From an uncultured Verrucomicrobiota bacterium (GTDB lineage: Bacteria > Verrucomicrobiota > Verrucomicrobiia > Limisphaerales > AAA164-E04): DNA of 64,000 bases. The notes under the pieces are model-generated. The model did no database searches. It was not told the origin of the DNA and saw nothing but the letters and a program-made list of their open reading frames with translations. The position numbers were made by a program, and so were the translations under genes. The stretch spans positions 18,450 to 82,449 of the forward strand of contig CACEMW010000002.1 in the NCBI GenBank assembly GCA_902560705.1, given 5' to 3'. Positions 1-9,310 of the stretch are shown here, piece after piece. Numbering within the stretch: the stretch's first letter is position 1; the number at the start of each line of letters is the position of its first letter.

Positions 1-1212
1 GATTTTGGAACTGGAGGACCGAAAACGATCTCTCAAACGATGCATCGCCTGAGTCATTTTAGGAAGATTCACTTCATATACCTCGACACCGCGACCGATT
101 CCCTGAAGTAAGGTGATCGTCAATTCGCCTCCCAAGTGTTCCCGAAACTCTTCCAAACCATTGAGGACCATGTAACTTCCATCGGTGCTCGTGAAATGCA
201 ATTCATTGGAATAAAGATCAAATCCGAGGCGCTCAAACAAGCTCAAGACTCGCTCAACATGGTTTTCAGGTATCATGCCCATCAGTCCTGAGTAAATCAC
301 ATCGAGGCAAATACCAATGGCAACTGCCTCACCATGGCGAAGTTCGTATCCGGAAAGCTGCTCCAGTTTGTGTGCGGCCCAGTGACCAAAATCAAGTGGA
401 CGGGAAGATCCAAATTCAAAAGGATCTCCACCTTGTGTAATGTGATCCATGTGCAGTTCTGCACAACGATAAATCAACGACTCCATGGCCTGCAGGTCAA
501 ATTGAGCCAATGCGTGGGCCTCGGTTTCGAGAGCTTCAAAGAAGGAAGCATCGCGAATCAAAGCCACTTTGACTGCCTCAGCATAACCACCGCGTTTGTC
601 ACGCTCACTGAGCCCCAACAACCATGTAGCGTCATTGATTACCGCAAATGGAGGGGCGAATGTTCCAACAAAATTCTTCTTCCCGAAGGCATTGATGCCG
701 TTTTTGACGCCCACTCCCGAATCTGCCTGACTCAAGGTCGTCGTCGGGATACGAATGTGACGCACACCCCTATGAGCTGTGGCCGCCGCCAAACCCACCA
801 TGTCCAGTAAAGCTCCGCCACCAATGGCGATCACATACGAATGCCGATCAATATGATAACGATCGATCGGTGACTGAATTTCAGAGACATGAAAATAAGA
901 GTTTTTAACCCTTTCCCCCCCTTCGGCAACGATGGGAGGACATACCAGGTGAATACCTTCAAAGGGCTCAAAATAATCCTGTATGTTGCACCTGAGAGAA
1001 GGGTAGGCCTTGACGAGACCGTCATCGACCACAATCAGCACTTTGACGGGTTGAGAGCGCCTGGGATCGGCAAGAAGATCGTGAAGCAACCTATTACTAC
1101 TTCCAAAGACATCTTTGGTAAACAACACCCGATGCTGGTAAGAAACTTGGATCTGACGCTCAATCTGGATCACGCTCCTAATGTGATCCCAGCACGGTTG
1201 GATTGCCAGCAT
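1..1212 (-). CDS. 3-dehydroquinate synthase / sugar-phosphate cyclase family protein, EboD-like; 3' end runs off the window (start ATG 1212 or GTG 1173)
   Basis: Not in the ORF track (no stop inside the window). Manual minus-strand translation gives GGERVKN, IDRHSYVIAIGGGALLDMVG, HRGVRHIRIPTTTLSQADSGVGVKNGINAFGKKNFVGTFAPP, RPLDFGHWAAHKLE, LRHGEAVAIG and GLEEFREHLGG. Confidence 0.9.
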   Translation of the reverse strand, partial: MLAIQPCWDHIRSVIQIERQIQVSYQHRVLFTKDVFGSSNRLLHDLLADPRRSQPVKVLIVVDDGLVKAYPSLRCNIQDYFEPFEGIHLVCPPIVAEGGERVKNSYFHVSEIQSPIDRYHIDRHSYVIAIGGGALLDMVGLAAATAHRGVRHIRIPTTTLSQADSGVGVKNGINAFGKKNFVGTFAPPFAVINDATWLLGLSERDKRGGYAEAVKVALIRDASFFEALETEAHALAQFDLQAMESLIYRCAELHMDHITQGGDPFEFGSSRPLDFGHWAAHKLEQLSGYELRHGEAVAIGICLDVIYSGLMGMIPENHVERVLSLFERLGFDLYSNELHFTSTDGSYMVLNGLEEFREHLGGELTITLLQGIGRGVEVYEVNLPKMTQAMHRLRDRFRSSSSKI

Positions 1213-1248
1213 TAATTTAACGCCCTAGCACCCACAACCAGTTGATGC

Positions 1249-3825
1249 CTAATACATGCCAGCAAAAAGATCCATTTGGGGAGAAGGCTCTAAAGCTTTT
1301 AGCTTTTGACGCTCAGCACGATGTCGATTTTGCACAGGTTGGCTTCCTTCAGGAGTCAGATCAACTTCCTCTAAATTCGAAAGGATTTGTTTGGCACGTT
1401 CGATGACATTCAGGGGAATACCAGCGAGACGGGCTACCTGAATGCCATAGCTTTTGTCGGTATTGCCGGGTACGATCTGGTGAAGGAAGACAATTTTATC
1501 GTTCCACTCCTTGACCGCCACATGGTAATTGCGAATGCGCTGGGCCTTGCCTGCAAGCTCAGTGAGTTCGTGGTAGTGGGTGGCAAAAAGGGTTTTCGCA
1601 CCCAGATGGTGATGAAGATATTCCACGATGGACCAGGCCAGACTCAAGCCATCAAAGGTACTCGTCCCTCTACCAATTTCATCGAGAATCACCAAACTGG
1701 AACGTGTTGCATGATGTAGGATATTGGCGGTTTCACTCATTTCCACCATGAAGGTCGATTGACCACGGGCCAGATCGTCACTAGCCCCAATACGAGTGAA
1801 AATCCGATCAACTATCCCAATACGGGCTGAGCGCGCAGGAATGAATGCACCTGTATGAGCCAACAGCACCAAGAGGGCTGTCTGCCGGATGTAGGTGCTC
1901 TTACCTGCCATGTTGGGCCCTGTCAAAATGGCGATCTGCTCTTTTTCGAGATCAAGGCTCGTATCATTGGGAACAAATCGATCACCTGTGATGGATTCCT
2001 CCAACACGGGATGGCGGCCTTGGTCAATGTAGCAAACTCCATCCTCTGTCATTTCCGGGCGACAATAGTCCCGTATCAAGGCCAAATTTGCCAAACTGGA
2101 GATCACATCCAATTCTGCCAAAGCCATGGCAGTACCTTGAATGGTCTTGAGATGATCAAGGGTTTGCTCTCTTACACGAAGAAAAAGTTCATACTCTAGC
2201 TTGGAGGCTTTTTCCTCTGCTCCAAGCATTGTACCTTCCATCTCCTTAAGCTCATTGGTGATGTAGCGCTCGCCATTGGCAATGGTCTGTTTCCGCTGAT
2301 AGTGAGAGGGCACCTTATCGAGGTGTGTTTTGGTCACCTCTATGAAGTAGCCAAAAACTGCGTTGAATTTGATTTTAAGAGAAGGAATTTTCGTATTTTG
2401 AATTTCATCGGACTGAAACGCTGCAATCCAGGCCTGACCATCTCGTTTGGCGCTCTGCAATTCATCCAGTCCTTCATGATAGCCGGTTTTGATAAGATGC
2501 CCTTCCTTAAGGGTAGCACCCGGTTCTTCCAAAATAGCTTTTTCGATGAGCTCTACGACTTCAGGACACTCAACCAGTTTTTCTGCCAGGATTATCAGAG
2601 ATCCAAAAGGCAGGTTTTCGACCTCGGAAGCAAAATCTTCTCGATGCCTGGTTGCCCTTGATACATCGCATGCTTGTTGAATCATCGCTCTGATGGTCGG
2701 AATTTTTTGCAATCCTAACTTGAGGGAAATCAAATCACGCGCGTTACCAGATCCCACACTCAAGCGACTGATCGTACGCTCCAGATCCCTGACCTGTTTG
2801 AGTTCGCCTCTGAAGGCTTCAATCCATGCTGGCTGATTGCGGCATATCTCAATGGCTTTCTGACGTTCTCTTATGGACGCTGGTTTGATGAGGGGCCGAG
2901 CAAGCCACTCCTTGAGCCGTCTGGAGCCCATCGGAGTCACTGTTTGATGGATGGCATCATAGAGACTGGGGGATTTGTGAGCTACTCGACCTGGAGCAGG
3001 GAAAATTTCAAGATGGTTGAGGGTCGTGGCATCCAGCATCAAGTAATCATCCGGTTGAAAGTGCGTCAACCGCGTGATATGACTCACGTCGCGGCGCAAC
3101 TGCTGCGTCATGTAATGGAGCAAACCACCCGCAGCCCCCACACCTGAAGGAGCGTTTTTGAGACCAAACCCATCCAGAGAAGCTACCTTGAAGTGATCCA
3201 TGAGGGCGCGATTAGCCGGTTCTTCATGGAACGCCCAATCTTCATGGGGTGAAACGATGAGCCGCTGATTCTCTGCGATAGCAGAGAGGTGCTTATCCTC
3301 GCAAGGTATGACGACTTCTGAAGGACTAATGCGAGATAACTCTGAAACAAGAGCCTGTTGATCTGAAAGAGACGCGACGCGGAAATCTCCAGTCGTCAGA
3401 TCTACCATGGCAAGACCGTAAAGTTGATTGGAGCGCATCAAACTGACCAAATAATTATTGGCATCGGGGCGAAGCAACTTATCGTCGAAATGGGATCCGG
3501 GAGTTAATATTTGGGTAACAGCCCGTTTAACCAACTTCCCAGGCGTGGCTTCCTCCACTTGTTCACATAGGGCCACCTTCTTGCCTGCCTCAAGGATTTT
3601 GGAAATGTAGGTGCTGGCTGCATGATACGGAATACCACACATCGGTGTCGTACCGCGTTTGGTAAGAGAGATGTTCAGAACGCTAGCGCCTGCAGAGGCA
3701 TCCTCAAAAAACATCTCATAAAAATCACCCAACCGAAACATCAGCAAGGTCTGATCGGGAAGTTCCGAACGAATGCTCAAATACTGACGCATCATCGGAG
3801 TCATTTTCTGTGATGATTCACTCAT
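1249..3825 (-). CDS. mutS: DNA mismatch repair protein MutS
   Basis: TPMMRQY, GDFYEMF, Walker A TGPNMAGKST, STFMVEM, DEIGRGTST, ATHYHEL; 858 aa. Confidence 0.98.
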   Translation of the reverse strand: MSESSQKMTPMMRQYLSIRSELPDQTLLMFRLGDFYEMFFEDASAGASVLNISLTKRGTTPMCGIPYHAASTYISKILEAGKKVALCEQVEEATPGKLVKRAVTQILTPGSHFDDKLLRPDANNYLVSLMRSNQLYGLAMVDLTTGDFRVASLSDQQALVSELSRISPSEVVIPCEDKHLSAIAENQRLIVSPHEDWAFHEEPANRALMDHFKVASLDGFGLKNAPSGVGAAGGLLHYMTQQLRRDVSHITRLTHFQPDDYLMLDATTLNHLEIFPAPGRVAHKSPSLYDAIHQTVTPMGSRRLKEWLARPLIKPASIRERQKAIEICRNQPAWIEAFRGELKQVRDLERTISRLSVGSGNARDLISLKLGLQKIPTIRAMIQQACDVSRATRHREDFASEVENLPFGSLIILAEKLVECPEVVELIEKAILEEPGATLKEGHLIKTGYHEGLDELQSAKRDGQAWIAAFQSDEIQNTKIPSLKIKFNAVFGYFIEVTKTHLDKVPSHYQRKQTIANGERYITNELKEMEGTMLGAEEKASKLEYELFLRVREQTLDHLKTIQGTAMALAELDVISSLANLALIRDYCRPEMTEDGVCYIDQGRHPVLEESITGDRFVPNDTSLDLEKEQIAILTGPNMAGKSTYIRQTALLVLLAHTGAFIPARSARIGIVDRIFTRIGASDDLARGQSTFMVEMSETANILHHATRSSLVILDEIGRGTSTFDGLSLAWSIVEYLHHHLGAKTLFATHYHELTELAGKAQRIRNYHVAVKEWNDKIVFLHQIVPGNTDKSYGIQVARLAGIPLNVIERAKQILSNLEEVDLTPEGSQPVQNRHRAERQKLKALEPSPQMDLFAGMY

Positions 3826-3836
3826 AGGCTTCCGGC

Positions 3837-3867
3837 AAAAAAAAAGGCGCGAGGCAAGCCTCGCGCC
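3837..3867 (-). terminator. Rho-independent terminator of the PEP-CTERM gene
   Basis: GGCGCGAGGC-aa-GCCTCGCGCC inverted repeat followed by T9 on the minus strand. Confidence 0.85.
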
Positions 3868-3888
3868 GAAAGACAGAGAGATGAATAA

Positions 3889-4521
3889 TTACTTCCTGCG
3901 GCGCGCAGCCCCACAAAGCGCCAAAGCACCAAAGATAGATAGTGCAAGAGTGGAGGGCTCTGGCACAGCACCGATCTGTGCAGCCAGGTTAGCTGTAGCC
4001 AATGGGATGTTACGCGTGGCCCAGTCGCCTGTGTCCGTCTGAACCCAAACGTCGTCAAAACTGGAACCAATGGAAGGTGGATTGCGGAGGATCAAACCTA
4101 CGTCTTGGGTGCCGGCAACGTCGAACTCAATGGTGAAGGTAAATGTGTCACCACTGATGGGAACGCCTATACCTTCAATTTCAAGGGTATTAAAGTTGGC
4201 ATCCAGAGGGATGTGATCGGTTTCAAAAAGAATTTCAGCTGGTTCCAAGTTTGGACCAGAATTTGAACGAAATCGCACGATCGCATCACCAGCCGCTTCG
4301 GAGGAGTAGTATTCCAAGCGAAACTCAGTTATGACACGAGCATCTCCATCGAGAATGATCTGATCTCCAAACTCCAAGGACTTGTCGGTAGGAGCATAAG
4401 TTCCTAGAATAGGGTCACCAGTGTTGTTGTATATGACCTGTGTTTGTGCTTGGGCTGCGATAGCTGTGCCTACAAGGGCAGCGGCCACAGCAAGCGATTT
4501 AAATTGTGAGAGCGAATTCAT
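3889..4521 (-). CDS. PEP-CTERM sorting domain-containing secreted protein
   Basis: N-terminal signal peptide (AAQA); C-terminal VPEPSTLALSIFGALALCGAARRRK. Confidence 0.95.
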   Translation of the reverse strand: MNSLSQFKSLAVAAALVGTAIAAQAQTQVIYNNTGDPILGTYAPTDKSLEFGDQIILDGDARVITEFRLEYYSSEAAGDAIVRFRSNSGPNLEPAEILFETDHIPLDANFNTLEIEGIGVPISGDTFTFTIEFDVAGTQDVGLILRNPPSIGSSFDDVWVQTDTGDWATRNIPLATANLAAQIGAVPEPSTLALSIFGALALCGAARRRK

Positions 4522-4581
4522 GAAATGTCTTTCCCTAAAATTGTTTACTCCTAACCGCTCTATTTCTCACGGTTGATACAC

Positions 4582-4610
4582 ACCTTAAAAACCCGGTCCA
4601 TAAGCGTCAA
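4582..4610 (-). promoter_or_regulatory. Putative sigma70 promoter of the PEP-CTERM gene
   Basis: Minus strand TTGACG-17 nt-TAAGGT about 60 nt upstream of the ATG. Confidence 0.5.
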
Positions 4611-4922
4611 GATAAATTACACAAAATTTCAGATGTTTCACAAGGTGACCAGCTTTCCAAGGAATCCCGTTTAAGACATTCATAAAAAAGGATGAAGCTT
4701 GACGATCTTTCTTAACATCATTGCATTGCCACAAATGGTTTCCAATACTTGGTGCATCCTTTGAGCGATAGACCAATTGAATGCTTTTTGATGGCAATTC
4801 TCAACTCGTCGAATCTTTTCTGAGGGAATTTGGTATTCTGGCTGACTACCCTTGATGACTATCTATAATGGTCTTGATGACACCTGAATTTTGGTTCAGT
4901 TTCCCAGTACACAGGTAGTCCT

Positions 4923-6494
4923 ATGCGATTTTTCTACCAAAACCGAGCTGCCGCGCAGGTTTGCCCAAAAACCATCGTTTTTTTAGGTGCTTTGGGGATA
5001 TTATGCTGGTTTTTGGTATTCCATCTTGGTTCAGACAGCCGTCCTAAAAGTCCTTGGGTCAGGAGTGAAGCCCAAGAGCTGATCGTTTATTGCGCTGCAG
5101 GCATTCGCAAGCCGGTTGCCGAGGCCGCCAAGGCTTTTGAAGAGGAATATGGGGTGGTCGTTCGCCTGGATTATGGCTCCAGCGGTGAGCTCGAGGGAAA
5201 ACTGGAGCTGGAGAGAGCACAAAATGCTCCACGCTGTGACCTCTACATCCCAGCCGACCTTTCTTTTTCGCAAAGAGCTCGCGAAAAAGGACTTATCGCC
5301 GAGCATCTGACCTTGGCTTCGTTCCAGCTTGTCTTGGCCATGGGTTCTGATGAGGAACTGCGGACTCAATCCCTGTTATCCCTGGCTAATTCAGATCTAA
5401 GATATGGTATCTGCGACGAAAAAGCAGGAGCCGGACAAAAGACCTGCGAAGCTCTCAAGGCCATCGGACTATGGAAATCAACGCAAGCTGCTGCAAAAGC
5501 TACTTTTCCACGTGTCACCGAACTGGCAGGAGCCATTCTCAGTTCAGACGTGATCCAGGCTGGCTTCATCTGGGATTCAACCGCCCATCAATTCGGCCTA
5601 AGAATCATTCCTACCCCAGAACTGGAAAATATCCAATCCACCATTTCCGCAAATGTTTCAGCACAGTCCAGAAATCCAACTTGGGCACTTCGCCTGGCCC
5701 GTTACTTGTCAGCTGTCGACAAAGGAGCCGCTTTTTTTGCCAAACACCACTACAGCCCTGCAAATGGAGACCGGTGGTCCCTCACGCCATCCATTACATT
5801 TTATTGCGGTGGTGTGAATCGCGAGGCAATCAGTCCATCCATCAAGGCATTTGAGAAAAGGGAGGGGTGCGTGGTGGAAACTCAGTTTGCCGGCTGTGGA
5901 ACGCTTATTGGCAGCATTCGCTCGGGCCCTGAGTTCCTGCCAGATCTTTTCATGACCTGTGATGCCAGTTATTTATCCATGGTGGCAGACGATTTCCTTC
6001 AACCTCGGGATGTGTCATCCACTCGCGTTTGCATGCTCGTCCGAAAGGGAAACCCCAATGGTATCCGCCAACTAAGCGACCTGGAGCAAGCTGATTTGAA
6101 AGTTGGAACCACTGACCCAGCCATGAGCACTCTAGGGGCGCTCTCTCACGCCATGTTTGAAGACCTTGGCATTGCGTCTTCTTTGCGAAAGCAGCAGTCG
6201 ATTATCGTCACCACACCCACGGCACACGAGCTCATTCTACAGATGGAAGGGCATGACAAACTGGACGTTGCCCTGGTTTACGAGGCCAACTGCCAGCATC
6301 TGGGAGATAACTTGGAAATCATTCCGATTGACCATCCTTTAGCCCGGGCGACTCAGAACATGGCAAGCGGAAGAACCACAGCCTATCCTCAACTAATGGA
6401 GCGCTTCATGAACACCATTCTCTCAGACCAATCCATGCAATCATTTATAAATCAAGGTTTTGAATGGATTGGACTCAACTCGAAACAGCCTTGA
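4923..6494 (+). CDS. modA: Molybdate ABC transporter substrate-binding protein with two tandem ModA-like domains
   Basis: N-terminal TM; domain 1 VYCAAGI...YGSSGEL...DLYIPAD; domain 2 FYCGGVN...FAGCGTL...DLFMTCD; precedes permease and ATPase. Confidence 0.85.
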   Translation: MRFFYQNRAAAQVCPKTIVFLGALGILCWFLVFHLGSDSRPKSPWVRSEAQELIVYCAAGIRKPVAEAAKAFEEEYGVVVRLDYGSSGELEGKLELERAQNAPRCDLYIPADLSFSQRAREKGLIAEHLTLASFQLVLAMGSDEELRTQSLLSLANSDLRYGICDEKAGAGQKTCEALKAIGLWKSTQAAAKATFPRVTELAGAILSSDVIQAGFIWDSTAHQFGLRIIPTPELENIQSTISANVSAQSRNPTWALRLARYLSAVDKGAAFFAKHHYSPANGDRWSLTPSITFYCGGVNREAISPSIKAFEKREGCVVETQFAGCGTLIGSIRSGPEFLPDLFMTCDASYLSMVADDFLQPRDVSSTRVCMLVRKGNPNGIRQLSDLEQADLKVGTTDPAMSTLGALSHAMFEDLGIASSLRKQQSIIVTTPTAHELILQMEGHDKLDVALVYEANCQHLGDNLEIIPIDHPLARATQNMASGRTTAYPQLMERFMNTILSDQSMQSFINQGFEWIGLNSKQP

Positions 6495-7318
6495 GTGGCC
6501 TCCAAAATTACCTTTTCTTGCAAGCCCAAAGTCATCGACTCAAATCGGATATACCCTTCTTTACCGGGATGATCTGCCTGGCAGGCTTCTACATTCTCAT
6601 GATATTACTCATGGTTTGTGCCGATCTCTGCTACACCGATTTTCAAAGCCTCAGGCAAACGCTCGGTGAGCCCGAGATCCAATATTCCATCCAATTGAGT
6701 TTATTCAGTTGCTCCCTGTCGACCCTCATGTCCTTGGCTGTAGCCGTCCCCATTGGCTATTTGATGTCTCGCTTCGAATTCAAGGGACAATCCCTAGTGG
6801 ACGCAGTGCTCGACATCCCCATTGTGCTTCCTCCACTTGTGGTCGGTATCAGTCTTCTGGTTTTATTCAACTACCCTCCTTTCCACTGGTTGAGTGATTG
6901 GGTGGTTTTTGAAATACCAGCTGTGGTTCTTGCTCAATTCATGGTTGCCTGCGCCTTTGCGGTAAGAACCATGCGAGTCACTTTTGATCAAATTCCCCGG
7001 CGATATGAACAGGTGGCATTGACCCTTGGATGCAATCGATCGCAGGCTTTTTGGAGGGTGGTCTTCCCGCAATCTTACAAGGGACTGCTTGCGGCAGGAA
7101 CCCTTGCCTGGGCGCGGTCCTTGGGTGAGTTTGGTCCTATTCTGGTTTTTGCAGGCTCTACGAGAATGCGCACCGAAGTGCTCCCAACCTCCGTCTACCT
7201 CGAGATGCAAAGTGGAGATCTCAAAGGAATGCTTTCTGTTTCCATTCTGATGATCGCCTTGTCCGCGGCAGTCCTGGTTCTGGCGCGGATCTTCGGCATG
7301 CAAAGAATCAACGCATGA
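6464..7318 (+). CDS. modB: Molybdate ABC transporter permease
   Basis: PIVLPPLVVG, EAA-like YEQVALTLG, WARSLGEFG. Confidence 0.9.
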   Translation: MDWTQLETALSGLQNYLFLQAQSHRLKSDIPFFTGMICLAGFYILMILLMVCADLCYTDFQSLRQTLGEPEIQYSIQLSLFSCSLSTLMSLAVAVPIGYLMSRFEFKGQSLVDAVLDIPIVLPPLVVGISLLVLFNYPPFHWLSDWVVFEIPAVVLAQFMVACAFAVRTMRVTFDQIPRRYEQVALTLGCNRSQAFWRVVFPQSYKGLLAAGTLAWARSLGEFGPILVFAGSTRMRTEVLPTSVYLEMQSGDLKGMLSVSILMIALSAAVLVLARIFGMQRINA

Positions 7319-7956
7319 TCAAGCTTCAGAAAGTTTCCATCAAGCAGGGTGATTTCTCCATCGAGGATGTTTCCCTGCATGTCCCCGCAGGATGCTACGC
7401 AGGACTCATGGGCAAGAGTGGCTGCGGAAAAACCTCATTACTGGAGGCCATTGCGGGCTTGCGACCCATCTGTTCAGGAACCGTGACACTCAATGACCAG
7501 GATGTCACGCACCTCAAGCCTTCATCCCGTCATTTGGGCTATGTACCTCAGGATCGAGCCCTATTTCCCAACATGCGCGTTGGAAGGCAGCTGGCCTTTT
7601 CACTGGAAGTGCAATCCATGCCACAAGCAGAGATCGATCAGAGAATTCGGGAATTGAGCGGTTTGCTTTCTCTCGATCATTTGCTGAATCGTTATCCGGA
7701 TGGCTTGAGCGGAGGCGAAGCTCAACGCGTCGCCTTGGGACGAGCGCTTGCCAATCGGCCCAAAATACTTTGCCTGGACGAACCCTTGAGCGCCCTGGAT
7801 GAGGGACTGCACGAAGAATTGTGTGAGCTGCTACAGTCCATCCACAGGGAATTGAACATGACCATTCTGCACGTCACCCACAGCCGTCCCGAAGCAAAGC
7901 GCCTGGCCGAGAAAATATGGCACTTCAAGGATCATCAGGTGCAGCCAGTGGACTGA
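7315..7956 (+). CDS. modC: Molybdate ABC transporter ATP-binding protein (no TOBE domain)
   Basis: GKSGCGKT, LSGGEAQR, LDEP; 4-bp overlap with permease. Confidence 0.88.
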   Translation: MIKLQKVSIKQGDFSIEDVSLHVPAGCYAGLMGKSGCGKTSLLEAIAGLRPICSGTVTLNDQDVTHLKPSSRHLGYVPQDRALFPNMRVGRQLAFSLEVQSMPQAEIDQRIRELSGLLSLDHLLNRYPDGLSGGEAQRVALGRALANRPKILCLDEPLSALDEGLHEELCELLQSIHRELNMTILHVTHSRPEAKRLAEKIWHFKDHQVQPVD

Positions 7957-7976
7957 AAGAGAGGCACGTGATCGGC

Positions 7977-8852
7977 TCAAAGAAAATTTAAAAGATGCGC
8001 GATCGTTTTTTGGCAGCCCTGAACATACCCTGCTCCGAAAAGGTGGAGATGATTCAAGTCGTGGTAGAGCCGGTAAAGATGTCGGCGCTGCTCAAAGCCT
8101 GGTTTCGAAGGGCGAATCTCTCGATAGGCATCTTGGAAACGTTCCGAGAACCCACCAAACATATCCACGATGCCAAATTCGGCCTCTGGGTCTCCAAAAT
8201 AGGACGCGGGATCAAAAACCACCGGACGCTCGTCTGAGAGCATGGAGGTATTTCCATGCCAAAGATCTCCGTGGAGCAAGACAGCAGAGGGCTCATAGCC
8301 CGCAAACAAGACCTCCATGGATTCCATCAATCGTTCGCTGCCATCGAAAACATATCCATCCCGCCGAGCCAGTTCCAGCTGCCAGCCAATCCGCTTCTCC
8401 CTGAAAAAAGGCATCCAATCGGCGTTCACATCATTGATTTGCAAGGTGAGGCCAATCGCATTGTCCCGATGCCAACCAAAGTGAGGCCTCGGCTTATTAT
8501 GAAGCATCGCCAATTGCCGGCCCAGGGCCTCATGAGCTAAGACGCTTGCAGGAACAAGATCTAGAAACTCGGTGACCAGCCATGCAAATCCATCTTCGAC
8601 CCCATGGGCAATCGGCTCAGGCACCTTGAGTGTTTGAGTTTTCTCAAGTTGTTGCAGGGCATCGAACTCTGCAGCCAACATAGGTCCTTTATCATGGGTA
8701 TTCAGCTTTAGGAAAAACTTGATTCCATTGTTTTCAACGCAGAAGGCCTGATGAATGCATCCGCCCATCACAGGGGTTGCTTTTGCTGTTAGCAAATCAA
8801 CGCCCGTCACCCGGGTGAGCATTTCAAATATGGCAGGCCAATGGAAGGACAT
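7977..8852 (-). CDS. Fructosamine/ribulosamine 3-kinase family protein
   Basis: GGCIH, FGWHRDNAIG, LLHGDLWHGN, FDPASYFGD. Confidence 0.92.
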   Translation of the reverse strand: MSFHWPAIFEMLTRVTGVDLLTAKATPVMGGCIHQAFCVENNGIKFFLKLNTHDKGPMLAAEFDALQQLEKTQTLKVPEPIAHGVEDGFAWLVTEFLDLVPASVLAHEALGRQLAMLHNKPRPHFGWHRDNAIGLTLQINDVNADWMPFFREKRIGWQLELARRDGYVFDGSERLMESMEVLFAGYEPSAVLLHGDLWHGNTSMLSDERPVVFDPASYFGDPEAEFGIVDMFGGFSERFQDAYREIRPSKPGFEQRRHLYRLYHDLNHLHLFGAGYVQGCQKTIAHLLNFL

Positions 8853-9310
8853 GCCCCTGCCTTAAATCAAAACCCGCGAAAAAGAAAGCCTGTCTATGCA
8901 TCAGTGAAGAGGACCTGCGCGCTTTCCCAGTGATCTGATAGAAGTGTGGAAGTTCATGCGAGGCAATGCATTTGGTGCAAACGACTCCTGTGAATCACCT
9001 AGGATGGAAAGATAGAAACCATGGCAAAAAAACCATTTTGGTCTTGAAAGACGGCTGGAACTGCCTAAGTTAACCGTCCGCCTGGGACCCGCGAGTGCGG
9101 TGGTCCCATCGAGGCTGAAATGAGTGTTCAACATCAACCAAACCCTCATTACCGACTCCAATCTTCGGAAAATAAGGAGAACACCTCCAAAAATCCGAAA
9201 ATAGGTCGTCTCTCCAATGGACATCGCCCGCAGAGAGCCGAGTGACGGAGCCTCCCGACATCAATACAGGGTGCCTGAACACCCTCCGGTTGTTACAAAC
9301 AAGAATAGTT

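Noticed and set aside
334-1215. Plus-strand ORFs 334-810 and 889-1215
   Set aside because: Antisense shadows of the DHQS-like gene
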